In this document: positions 22,389 through 34,947 of the stretch, piece by piece
Position numbering within the stretch: the stretch's first letter is position 1
Layout of the letters: the number at the start of each line of letters is the position of its first letter
NCBI GenBank assembly: GCA_964016885.1
Contig: OZ024740.1
Coordinates: 168,702,001 to 168,766,000 of the forward strand
Reading direction: 5' to 3'
DNA: 64,000 nt
Source: Eledone cirrhosa
Lineage: Eukaryota
Translations under genes and position numbers: made by a program
Notes under the pieces: generated by a model
Database searches by the model: none
Told to the model about the DNA's origin: nothing
Seen by the model: only the letters and a program-made list of their open reading frames with translations

Positions 22389-23889
22389 ATATATCCATAT
22401 ATACATACGCACAATGGGCTTCTGCAGTTTCCATCTACCAAATTTCATGCACAAGACATTGGTCAACTCAGGGCTATAGACACTTATCCAAGTTGACCCC
22501 CAAACTACACAGCCTTATCTCTCCTTTACTCTCATTATTCGTACTTTATCTCTGCCTGACTCTACTTCAATCCTTAATGCTACAGATTCAAAACAGAGTA
22601 GTTGGGGCAGGATAATATGTACTTTTGTCATGATCTAAATAGTTTTGTTATACAAAGCCTCAAAGTAGATAAATGCTATGTTGTAGATTGTAGGTAACTA
22701 GTAGATTGCGACCAAGTATAAGATCATGTGATTTACAACAAAAGGACTTGTAAACTGAAAGACACTGTCATAATATTACACCTTGGTACATAGAACAATA
22801 GTTTTTGAATTCAGTTCCAACATAAGTAATTTTATATATGTTAAAAATGACATTGGCAGATGATCAGTAAATAGACTAATTGAAGCTTTGAGTAAATAAA
22901 AAATAACTGAGGTTAATAGTTTAAATTACCTTGTTAATAGCTTGAAATTAATTTTTCTAAGCTACAAATATCCACAAAGCAAGTGCACAGTCTAATATTT
23001 TTTTTTCACCACTAAATTGTTGAAAAATAAATATTTTTATGAAATGGAGTGGAATGGAGGTTTTCATATTGAGTGTTCCAATTGTTTGTTCAATCAAACA
23101 GCCTGCTTGTGAAATTAATGTGCAAGTGGCTGAGCATTTTACAGACATGTGTATCCTTAATGTAAGCCTCTGGGAGATTCAGCATGATACAGTGTGTGAC
23201 AAGGCTAGCCCTTTGAGTTACAGATACAATCCTTCTGATAGGCTTCCTAACAGCTTCACTCACAAGACTTTTATCGATCTAAGTCTAAGAGAAATATCAC
23301 TTACAAATACTACAAAATGAGATTAACCCAGGGATCCTTTGCAAAGCAAACTTCTTAACCAGTTGGCTTTGCTGTATCCACTAAATCAACCTATGACAGC
23401 TCACTGGGCTATTACACATAGCTTTTCTTTCTGCTGGAATTGAACTCAGCCTAGCAGACTAACAAAATACAGTGCTGTTGCAACTTAAAGCAATGTATTA
23501 AACTATAACACCCTCAGTATCTACTTAGATAGAGCTAGGTTATTGTGTAGCTCATCCCAAGATCAGCATTGATCCAGCAGACATACAATGTAAGTATTCA
23601 GTCTTTCACTCTTTTCAAGCAACTAATCACAATGGCAGCTGCAAGGTGAACTCTTCCAAACATACAGCTACTGCTCTTCGACACTTGGTCATAAATATTA
23701 TGGGAAACTAGCTGTCTGGCATCCTGTCAATTCAGTCATGTTGCTCACAATAAATTAATTAATAAGTTAAAAAGGGCACCTCTATGTTGTGTGACTTGTT
23801 AGAAATAGTAGCAAATCTTTCTCTTTTTCAGTATTCTGAAATTTATAAGATTTGATAGTATCAAATACACATACACACAAACAAATTAT

Positions 23890-24025
23890 AATAATAATAA
23901 TGATAATAATAATGAAATTATTGTGTACAGTGCTCAGGTGCACTACAACTCATCAAAGGTGCATGTATAGTACATAGAATAATGTACAAATGTCAGGAAA
24001 ATGAACAGTGTATGAGTCATGATAT
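23890..24025 (-). mobile_element. 3' tip of the CR1-like family found at 24145-25678
   Basis: Near-duplicate of 24160-24275 with its own (AAT)n tail. Confidence 0.8.
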
Positions 24026-24039
24026 AATAATAATAATAA

Positions 24040-24142
24040 TAATTGTTTCTACTTTAGTCACAAGGCCAGCAATTACCCAGTAATTACCTGGTACTTTATT
24101 TTATCGATTCCGTAAGGATGAAAGGCAAAGTCAACCTCGGCG
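24040..24142 (-). mobile_element. 5'-truncated SINE family A
   Basis: Matches the 3' half of 30080-30264. Confidence 0.85.
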
Positions 24143-24144
24143 AT

Positions 24145-25678
24145 AATAATAATAATAATAATGATGAAATATTGTGTACAGTGCCCAGGTGCACCACAAC
24201 TCATCAAAAAGTGCATGTACAGTACATAGGGCAATGCACAAACATCAGTAAAATGAACAGTGCACGAGTCATGATACACACATGTGTGCATGTGTATGGA
24301 AGGGGTACATCAGGAGTAGTTTTGGCGTATTTCGGGAAGCATGAGTGTCTTAAAGGATGCAGTATCTCGGCAGCTAACAACTGACGCAGGCAGTTTGTTC
24401 CATGCTTCAGCAACTCTGAACGTGAAAAAATGTCTACGAAAGTCATGGGAGCTGTGCTGTTTTCTGATTTTGTAGGCATGTCCACGTGTGTTAGACACAT
24501 GGAGATCAAAACGGTGCTCAGGGTTGCAATTGGCGAGATGGTTAATAACTTTGTGGGTATTCACCAAGTCCATTGCCAGACGTCGGAGCTTCAATGAATC
24601 CATGCCCAGGGAAGCAAGGCGTTCAGAGTATGGTAGGTGTCTGATGGAGGGTATGTGCTTGGTTGCACGTCTCTGAACAGTTTCCAGGAGGTCAATGTTC
24701 TGAGCAAGATAAGGGTTCCAGACTGATGATGCGAATTCCAAGTGTGATCATACCATAGCTGTATACAGTTTTAAATAGATGGCTGGAGAGCGGCTAACAA
24801 AGGTCTTGCTGAGTGATGCCAAGACACCCTCGGCCTTCTTGACAATCTTAGAGACATGCTTTGTCCAACGCAAATCGCTGCTGACAGTAATGCCCAGGTC
24901 ACGTTCACAAGAGGACTTCTTGATATCAGTGTTGTGGAGGGAGTGTGTGGACGCTGGATTTTTCCTTCCAAAATGCATGGTGGTACACTTGTCCACAGCC
25001 AGCTTCAGTTGCCAGTCTGTGATCCATTGCTGCATCGTGTCCAGGTCTGATTGTAGGAAAGAGTTATAAATTTCAGGATCAGTCCTTTTGATTTCAAGGT
25101 ACAGCTTGATGTCATCTGCATATTTCAGTACCGTGGCATTCTGTAAGTTGGCATCTATGTCATTAATATATGCCACAAACAAAAGGGGACCAAGAACAGA
25201 TCCCTGTGGTACACCAGATGACATCTCATATGGTGAAGAATGCTGTCCTAGAACCGTGACTACTTCTTTTCGGCTGAGAATGAAGGATTTCAACCAGTCG
25301 AAAAGATCATCCCTCACACCCATTGCAGAGAGTTTTGCCATAAGTCTTTTGTGTGGCACAGAATTAAAAGCCTTAGCAAAGTCAAGGTAAACAACATCCA
25401 CCCATGAGCCGCTGTCAGTGATCCGGGTCATGTCTTCAAGGAAATCGATAAGCTGATCACAGCAGCTGGAGTTAGGGATAAATCCAAACTGTGAGGGCCG
25501 GATGAGGCTGTGAGAGCTCCAGAAGTTCCAAAGTGTTTCTCTGACACAGGATTCCATCAGTTTGGCCGTACAGCTAGTAAGACTGACTGGACGATAGTTG
25601 ACAGGTGACATGCGGTTGCCCTTTTTGAACAGGGGAATGACACTGGCAGTTTTCCACTGCTCCGGAGTAGCACCATGT
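24145..25678 (-). mobile_element. CR1-like LINE, 5'-truncated, with (ATT)n tail
   Basis: NYRPVSLTS, YLDFAKAF, GVPQGSVLGPLLF, KYADDIK and ERDLGI motifs in ORFs 24748-25611 and 24310-24741. Confidence 0.93.
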
Positions 25679-26153
25679 TTTGATAAACTTGATTATCTCC
25701 ACATTCTTAAAGGTTTTGTGAAGCTGATATTAATCAAGTGTCCTCATTTGTGAGTCTAAAATAAACACTCACATAATGTATTTGTTTGTGTGTGTATTCC
25801 TCCAAACTACAGCATTTGTATACACTACAGTATATAGATATCTACAGATTACAATAGCCATAGTACTTCTAACTCAGTATCTAATTTCATAATATAGGAG
25901 TGCTGGCATGGTCGAGTTGATAGGAGTTTGTTTTGCAAGAGTTTGAAACAACAGCATAGCATCTTGAGCAAGTTTCTTCTTACATAGCCTTGGGTCTACC
26001 CAAGTTAAATTGGGTAAATGGAAACTGTACAAGCCTACCAGATGGCCTAGCTCTGTAACTCAAAGAGCCAGCTTGTCATACTTTCTTAAACTGATTCTTC
26101 GTAATAAAAAAAAATAATAAAAAATAAAATATATATATATATAATATATATAT

Positions 26154-26530
26154 GGAGGCACATGGCTTAGTGGTTAGAGCATTGGGCTTGCAATCGAAAG
26201 GTTGTGAGTTCAATTCTCAGACCGGGTGGTGTGTTGTTTCCTTGAGCAAGCCACTTTATTTCACATTGCTCCAGTTTACTCAGCTGTAGAAATGAGATGA
26301 TAGGACTGGGGTCCTTATCATTCCACTGCAAAGTGGTCATGGAGGTGCCACGGCAAAAAAGCACCCAGCCCACACTATAAAGTGGACGTGTAGACGCCAT
26401 GGAAAAAAAGCACCCAACACTCACTGTAAATGAGGTTGGTGTTAGGAAGGTCATCCATCTGTAGAAATCAAGCCAGAATCAGTTCCCGTCCCATCCTTGC
26501 AAGTAGGGAAAAGCGGACGTAAAATGATGA
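26154..26530 (+). mobile_element. SINE family B (tRNA head, CORE-like body, RTE-derived tail)
   Basis: TGGCTTAGTGG A box, GAGTTCAATTC B box, CCTTGAGCAAGCCACTT body, and the tail shared with the RTE 3'UTR. Confidence 0.85.
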
Positions 26531-27555
26531 TATATATATATATGCGTGTGTGTGTCTGTGTGTGTGTAATTAGTGAGAGAAAATATATATGAGAAGGGTT
26601 TAGACCAACTTTAGCTTCAACAGGAAATTGGAAGAGCAACATTTGTTGCACTGTAGAGCTCTATTTCGAACTTAAACATAACAGTCCTGATGTAAGGTTT
26701 TAATCATCTAATGTAATATATTAATAGGCATATCGATTAGATGGATATGTTGTATTTCAGGAAATCAACTAGAACATAGATATGGATCTGAAAATATGTG
26801 ATGGCAAAGTTAATATCTTTCTAACAGTGGTGATCAGGATTATGAGGTTAGTGGTACTGGGGGTGATTGAAGTAGTGATTGCGTAGGACACATCTACTGT
26901 TCTACTATAGTGTATATTTACTGTTTTGAAAGATGCTAATGGTGAGGGGTTTTTTTTCCTCTTTTTTTAAAAACTATTTTGTTTTTGACTCTTTTCATAC
27001 CAAATCATCTGAAACCATTCTTGGCACTGTTTGAGGGTGCTTATAGCTATCTAAAAATCTTCCATGATGGTTTTATGAAAGAACTTTCATTATGTTAAGT
27101 TCCAAACATTGTATTATTATATTTCTCTGATTTTTTTTCAAACTTATTTGAAATTCATTGGCAGTGTATTTCATTAGAAATATGTTAATAAAAGAGTTAA
27201 ATATTTGGCTAAATAAAAGAGGGTGGCACCCATGACCTGGTGGAGAGTAAGGAAGAGCTAGTCTCTGAGTAGAGACTTGGCCTGAATGCTTGTAACATGA
27301 ACTCTTCTAAATTTATCCTAAAATCAGGTGGCGATGTTAAACCAATTGATAGATCTAAATTTAGAGTCTTGTATAATGCTGAAGACCCTGTACTGTCTAG
27401 TGATTCAAGAGGGTGGGTGAAATAAATTAGGGGAGTTTGCCATTAACATCTTAAGGCACATAAGATTATTTGAATTCAATATTGCAAGCTAACAAAATAC
27501 TTAGCGTCTTCTGTTGTTGAATACTGAAATTGTTAATTTTAATTACAATCATCTA

Positions 27556-28037
27556 CAGTTGGACATAACTACAGTTTAGTGCTCCATCCCACCTCCAGTT
27601 TGTTTTCCCAGAACTTTCAAAATAATGCACATTTTTTAATGAAATTTTGCAGAAATACATTTTAGAAAATATAGATGATGATTATGTTGATAAAATTTTA
27701 AAAGAAGTTTTAAAAAAAATTGTGCAATTCATAGTAGAAATGATATATGATTTGGATAGAAAATCTATTACATTATCTTGATTGCTATTATTCATTATCA
27801 ATATGAGACTGAAAAGCCTGATGAAAAAATATCCAAGTTTACATTTAGCCCACTACAAGCACAAATTGAAAGTATTAAAAAAATAATGAATTATTTTTGT
27901 TTGTAAATTTCATTAACATAATTCTAATCTACATGGAAAATGTATATATGCAAAATCTCATTAAAAGATATGCATTATTAAGAAAGTTATGAGGAAATAT
28001 ATTTGGGGAGGGAGGCAGTAAACTGTAGTTAAGTCCA
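27556..28037. mobile_element. MITE with long imperfect terminal inverted repeats (possibly Tc1/mariner type)
   Basis: TGGACATAACTACAGTTTA / TAAACTGTAGTTAAGTCCA, with further pairing over ~100 bp; left end reads TA|CAGTTGGAC. Confidence 0.75.
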
Positions 28038-29323
28038 CATTTTTTTTTATCTGACATTTCGTCTCAGTGTACCTTTAATTTCTATGAACAACTTGGAAAT
28101 TTTAATTGATTGACCTTGAACCAAAATCCAAATCACTCATTTGCTTTATCTATCTATAATTTCAACTAACCTAAATTTAGATGTTGTGCATGTGATGTTT
28201 CAGTACAGATTGGTACACAGTATATTGATTCAAAGAATTCAAAAACTGGTGCTGAAAATAAATACCATCTTTCATTTACAAACACACCTAATACACTCTT
28301 TGAAGTGGTTGGTGATAAGAAGGGCATCCAGCTATAGAAAACCTGCCAAACAAAGGGACATGAGGACTCATCAGCTGTGTCAAAGACATGGAAACATAAT
28401 CAAGATGCAGGCCTCTGACCAGTCGGACATGGTATAAGTGAGGTGTAGGCCCTAGGCCCATTTGAGAGGTCAATAGTTCCACTTGAGTACTGACTCAATC
28501 TGTGAAGATGCATCCAATCCTTGCTAGCAATGAAGCAGACATTAAATGATGATAATGATGATTTAACAAGACAATCTCCCCCCTTTTACACTCACACAAA
28601 CATGCACACACACACACTCTTTCTCATTGTCTGTCAAACTTTTATCCATTTCCAAGTATTTTTCTGATTTTCTAAGAAATGGCAAGATCACTTTCAACAT
28701 GTCTGTGTCATGGTTTTGTGTCATGTCTGTGTCATTTTTGTGTTGTTTCTGTTTCTTACTTTCTCTAGCATTCAATCAATTTTTACTTTTCATGCTTGAT
28801 ATCTCCTTTTTAAATACCTATCTCAAGAAGGTTATTATATATTCAAACATTATAGACAGAAAATATATAAATACACTGGTGTGTTTATTCTATTCAAAGA
28901 TACAGATAGAAGTTTGCATAAAATATTTTATAACCCTCTCCTAAAATTGCAGGCTACAACAGCAAATGAACTATATATTATATCTTGTATTATTATTTTC
29001 TTTCCTTTTATTCATCTCAAAATACTTTCATTAATGTCAAAGAAATGCTCTCTCTCTCTCTCTTTGGATGTGTGTGCATGTATTTGTGTGTGTAGTTTTC
29101 ATGTGATTCAACCAACCAACCAACCAATAAATATCTCTCTTTTATATATATAGAGATTATTATATATTGAATTAAATCCCGCCGAGGTTAACTTTGCCTT
29201 TCATCGTTACGGGGTCGATAAAATAAAGTACAATGAAAGATTCTAAGAGTATCTAAGTTAAAACTCTTATAATTAAAAAAATTATTGGGGTCTAATTTCT
29301 GTAAATTTTTCTTTCTAATGCAG

Positions 29324-29408
29324 GTTTTAAGTCCTACTTACAAGTCACGCAGTGAGGATTTCAAGAAAATTTTTAAAGAAATACCAAATGATGAACGGCT
29401 AATTGTAG
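29324..29408 (+). CDS. GRAMD1B: GRAMD1/Aster-like exon B, start of GRAM domain (VLSPTYKSRSEDFKKIFKEIPNDERLIV)
   Basis: tgcAG acceptor and GTGAGT donor at 29409; 85 nt, phase 0 to 1. Too short for the ORF track and translated by hand; closely resembles the vertebrate GRAMD1 GRAM start as recalled. Confidence 0.95.
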
Positions 29409-30079
29409 GTGAGTGTGGCTAAGTGTTTGTGGTGATTATTATCTTTGTTTTGTTTTTTGTGTGTGAGTTTGACTATTGCTGTAAGAAAGTATGTGCATTT
29501 GTTAGCCTTATATTTTAGTGTTTTACTTGATAACTTAAATGTTGAGATTGTATGATAGAAGAGCAATTTTTCAATTTTAATTTTGTCTGTGACTAGCAAT
29601 ATTTAGATTGATAAAATGTTAGTATCTCTATAAAAGATGTGGGTACTCATTCGTTCTTAAAATTGATATAAGAATTAAAGAACTTTTTTTAAACTATTTT
29701 TCTTCCTTATTGTTTTTTAGTTGAGCTAAAGTAACAAATTTTATTTAAAGCCTAGCATTATAGAACATCAAAGTAGAAAGATGGAAGAAAATATGTCAGA
29801 AATGTTTTGAAAATTTTAGGAAATATCTGAAAAGAAGCTCTGAAATGATTTAAATTTTGAAAGCCAGGGACAACAAAGGATTTTGCGAGAATGAAGCAGT
29901 TTTAGCCTAAAAATTAAAAAAAGTAAAATTTTCTCTATAAAGCATTGTGAAATATGTTGTGAGGATTGCTTTAGGAAAGCTGATACAATACAAATTAGAA
30001 ATAATGGAGTAAAAACTAAAGTAAGGTTGGACAAATGAAACAAAACAACAGTTTATACTTTTAACTTATATTGAATAAT

Positions 30080-30264
30080 TGTTTCTACTTTAGGCACCAG
30101 GCCAGCAATTATCCAGTGCATTACTGGTACTTTATTTTATCGACCCCGTAAGGATGAAAGGCAAAGTCAACCTCGGCGGGATTTGAACTCAGATCGTAAA
30201 GGGACGTAACTATGCTGGAAAGCATGGCGTCCGACCCTCTACCGATACTGCCAATCCACCGCCC
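30080..30264 (-). mobile_element. Full-length SINE family A with 17-bp target-site duplication
   Basis: Reverse complement starts GGCGGTGGATTGGCAGTATCGG (A box) and contains GAGTTCAAATCC (B box); TSD AACTTATATTGAATAAT at 30063-30079 and 30265-30281. Confidence 0.93.
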
Positions 30265-30912
30265 AACTTATATTGAATAATATTTGAGGATTATGATTCC
30301 TTTTTCAAAAGAAAAGAAATGAAGTATGATGGTGATTACAAGTTGAGCTCTTTTGTTCAGATATTGGGATGGAGGGGTAGTGACATGCCAGATAAGTATA
30401 GACACAAGAGCCTATTGGCTTCATGCACCAGCTGTTACTGAAAAATAAGTATGTATAGCTTGTAGCTTTAGTAACAGTGGAATGAATCATACACGTTACA
30501 TGTTGGAGAAATTATCTAATGTCTAAAACAATTTTAGAGAGAATTGATGGTTTTAAAAAAAATAATACTGTCTAGGATGATGTTATTTGCAAAACATCTA
30601 TTTCTAAATCTCAAGTTTATCCTCTGGCTTAGATAACAGCTCTATTGATTTTCTCTATTGCAGTTAGTTCAGTTACCTATTACAATTTCTCAATTGGTAC
30701 CATAAATATATTTTTAAATACTTTTCATCATTGCATTTTTGTGTCAGGTAACAAACAAAAACAATTAGGTAATAAACAAAAACTTCTGTATAATGAAAGT
30801 ACTTTGTGGATAGCTTATATTTTGTCAAGATTTCGTTGGTGCTTTGCTCATTCTAAATGCTAGTGCTTATTATTTTGAGAATCAATTTGATAATATTTGT
30901 TAAAAATAAATT

Positions 30913-32685
30913 AATTGACCAGGTCATGAAGGTCACAGAAAAAGTAATAGCGCAACTAATCAGAGATCTAGACGAAATGCAGTTCGGGTTTGTGTCAGGT
31001 AAAAGTACAACAGATGCTCTTTTCATTGTACAACTACAGGAGAAGTACCTAGCTAAAAGTAAACCCCTATACTTAGCTTTTGTTGACTTGGAGAAAGCCT
31101 TTGACAGAGTACCCTGCTTGATTATCTGGTGGGCCCTTAGAAAACTAGGTGTTGATGAATGGCTTGTGAGAGCTATACAAGCCATGTATAAAGAAACAGT
31201 CAGCAAGGTTAGAATTAACAACGAATATAGTGAAGAGTTTAGCGTAAAAGTTGGTGTTCATCAGGGCTCCGTCCTTAGCCCCCTACTAGGCTATAACAGA
31301 GGAGTTCAAGACCGGCTGCTCATGGAACTCCTATATGCAGATGATTTAACGCTCGTAGCTGAATCAATGGCTGAACTAGAGAAGAAATTCCAAACATGGA
31401 AGCATGGCCTAGAATCAAAAGGCCTTAAAGTTAACTTGTCTAAGACTAAAGTTCTAGTTTGTAGGAAGGAAAATAGGGCACCGGTCCCATCTGGGAAATG
31501 GCCATGCTCAGTGTGTAGGAAAGGAGTAGGTAGAAACTCCATTTTATGTCCCAAATGCAAAGTATGGGTACATAAAAGATGTAGTGGGATCACAGGTAAG
31601 CTAACTAAGAATATAGATTTTATATGTGGCCGGTGCTCTGGTGCAATAAGTAGCAGCAAGTGCCCACAGAATACTAACTCATTCCATTGCACAGATGGTT
31701 CTATAGAAATAGTGGACAGCTTCCGTTACCTGGGTGATAAAATCAGCAGTGGGGGAGGGTGCTCTGAAAGTACAGTAGCTAGAGTCAGAACGGGATGGAA
31801 AAAGTTCAGAGAGCTTATACCACTATTGGCCACTAAAGGGTTCTCTCTAAAAATGAAAGGCAGGCTGTATGATGCCTGCATACGAACAGCAATGTTACAT
31901 GGCAGTGAGACCTGGGCATTGTGTGCAGAGGATATACGCAGACTGGAGAGAAACGAAGCTTGCATGTTCCGCTGGATGTGTAATAGTAATATACGTGAAC
32001 AGCAAAGCATAAACGAACTAAGGGAGAAATTAGAAATAAGAGGGATCAGATGTTGTTTACTCGAGAGAAGACTACGTTGGTATAGTCACGTGATGCGCAT
32101 GAAAGACGACAGCTGTATAAAAAAGTGCAGGGCAATAAAAATAGAGGGTAGCCATGGAGTAGGCAGACCCAGAAAAACCTGGGACGACTTGATAAATTCC
32201 GACCTCACATACTTACACCTCTCCAAGACAATGTCACTGGACCGAGATCTTTGGCGCTACACAGTAATAGAGAAGACCCGCCTTACCTAAGTGCAAAGTG
32301 AAACCTACTACAGTCAGTAGGCACCTCTAACAAAATACACCCCGTCCCACTACCCCCACCCCATCCACACCATCCTTTCAATGTAAAGTTATGTTGGTAC
32401 CACAACATCCAGCCCGAAACAAATGAGGTCATGTAGGTGTCACGACAAAAAAACACACAGTCCACGCTGTAATGTGGCCATGTAGGTAACACGGTAAAAA
32501 CCTCCCAGTTCCACACTGTAAGTGTGGTTGGTGTTAGGAAGGGCATCCAACCGTAGAAAACCCGCCAGACAGTCCTATGCGAGCAAGACAACCACTCTTG
32601 CCTCAAGTGGGAAAACTCCCATCCAAACCCATGCGAGCATGGAATATGGATGTTAAACGAAGATGATGATGATGATGATGATGAT
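30913..32685 (+). mobile_element. RTE-clade LINE, 5'-truncated; RT domain (YADD), PHD-like finger, 3'UTR and (ATG)n tail
   Basis: ORF 30857-32290 has FVDLEKAFDRV, HQGSVLSPLL, LLYADDL, FRYLGD and RRLRWYSHVMR. No endonuclease part; small internal deletions. Confidence 0.95.
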
Positions 32686-33699
32686 ATGTATTTTTAATAA
32701 GGTGCTTCACTCTTATCACTAACACCACTATCATCATAATTTTATATCAACTTCTCATGTAGTACATCATGAGATTGCTATTTCAAATTCGTAACAGAGT
32801 CTGCACTTTTCATACTAATCTATTACAATAAAAAAAAAAGCAGAAAAAGTGATGTTCCATGCCTGGGACTTTAACAAATTGACTCATTTAATGTACTATC
32901 TATTTACAGGAGTATTTTAATTATAGGCCATCTTCTCAGTGCACAAACATTAAAGTTAAGTGCACACACATACATACACCTTCACCTATACATTGGATCC
33001 ACTGTAGGTTATGACTGGTACTAATTTTTATTGACCAAGGATGGGTGAATGGCTCAAACAGAACTTAAATTGGGTGGTGGATATTATAACAATTTTTCAC
33101 ACTGGTTCAAGTGGAAGGAAAGGCATAGAAAATTAAAAATACGACAGTACATGATTAATGTTTTATTTTTAATCATCCTCAAGGGATTGATGGGCAAACC
33201 AGAGATGATCCCAGAAAGATTTGAACTCAGGGTATAGACAGATATGTAACTAAATATTGATTTCTAATTTAGGCACAAGGCCAGCAAATTTGGGGGGAGA
33301 ACAAAGTTGATTAAATCAACCCTAGTATTTGACTAATACTTTATTTTTTCAACCTTGGAAGTATGAAAAGCAAAGTTGATTTCAGCAAGATTTGAATTCA
33401 GCATGCAAAGACCCATAAAAATACCACAATGGCATTTCATATGATGCTCTACCAATTCTGCCAATTTGCTATCTTCTTATAACTAATATTAAAAATATTT
33501 AGTCTGATACTCTACCGTTTTGCTATTCCAGTCTTTATGTGAACAATGATAAAAACAAGGCCAGAAATTTAGTTAATTAAATTGGCTCCAGGACTTGACT
33601 GATAATTAATTTTATTTTCCCTGGAAGGATGAAAACAAGGTTGACCTCAGCCAAATTTTATATCAGAATGTGATGATTAATATCTAGCATATCTGAATT

Positions 33700-34175
33700 C
33701 ATCTTTTTGATACCAACCTGCTTAAGATCACCTCTGGTTCTATGATCTTAAATTTTTTTTTAACCCTTTCTTTACCATATTTTTAAAGAAAGTCACTGCC
33801 TACATTTTGAAAATAATCAATAATTTGGAATTATTTAATAATTATTTAATAATTATTTAATAATATAATTAAATTTCTCATCATTAAATTGGTGTTTGGT
33901 ACATAACTTAACAAAGGTTCCTACATAAAGCTATGATTGAAAGGTATTAGATAAATATAAACACTTTAAAATGAATAGTTTTGTATCATAGAACCAAGGA
34001 CAAGTTCAGGGAGTTTCATATCAAAAGAGATAAAGTGCATATATTCAAATTAAAATCTTAATAGTGAAATGCAGGTTGTTTTACTATATCCTCCAAATTT
34101 TTGATTATTTTCAAAATTAATTTTACATATATAAGCAGTGTATTTCTTTATAAATATAGTCACAAAAGAGTTAAA
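33700..34175. mobile_element. Decayed interleaved TTAA-CCC-type (piggyBac-like) MITE remnants
   Basis: TTAACCCTTTC at ~33759 opposes AAAGAGTTAA at ~34173; TTTTGATACC..GGTTCTATGAT opposes ATCATAGAACC..ATCAAAAG. A similar remnant lies at 43918-44182. Confidence 0.5.
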
Positions 34176-34765
34176 CAGCAATTATATACAGACATGTATT
34201 TTTCTCCTCTCAATACCTTGTTTGAGAAGGAATTTGAAAAATCATAAGAGTCTGTAGTTGATAACAGATGTAAACAATTTAAAAATCATGAAATTGAAAG
34301 TTTTGATTAGTTACTATTTTTATATTCATTTACTAACCATCATGAAGATGTCAAGAAATAAAGAAAGAAACAACAAAAGTCATAAGATAGATTGATAAAT
34401 GTACTTTAGGTAAGCGTGTTATATCTCAGAGTATTTATTTAATTTTTTCATCATATACATTTGTTAAAAGTACACTGTCTTAGCATTATGAATCTTCTGG
34501 CATAGATCACAATCTGCAATTACAGTTTTCTACATAAACTGATTGAATTTAATTGATCTTGGATATCAGCTTATTAATAGCTTAATCATCCATGTCCATA
34601 TATCTGCTTGTGTTTAAGATGAAAGGAATCTCTCTAACAGTGGTGCTGGCAGCTTTTGTCTGTTTATATCTTACCATCTGTTTCAATCCTGTCTCAATGT
34701 ATATAGATATTATCATCATTTTATGTCCACACACACAGACACATGCATGTATGCACACACAATTG

Positions 34766-34947
<182 letters not shown>

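Noticed and set aside
26154-26230. tRNA gene
   Set aside because: A/B boxes are present, but it is the head of a multi-copy SINE with no complete cloverleaf; the same applies to SINE-A heads.
30857-32290. 477-aa ORF as an active LINE or domesticated RT gene
   Set aside because: It is 5'-truncated, lacks the endonuclease, starts in flanking DNA and has an out-of-frame patch before the YADD motif.
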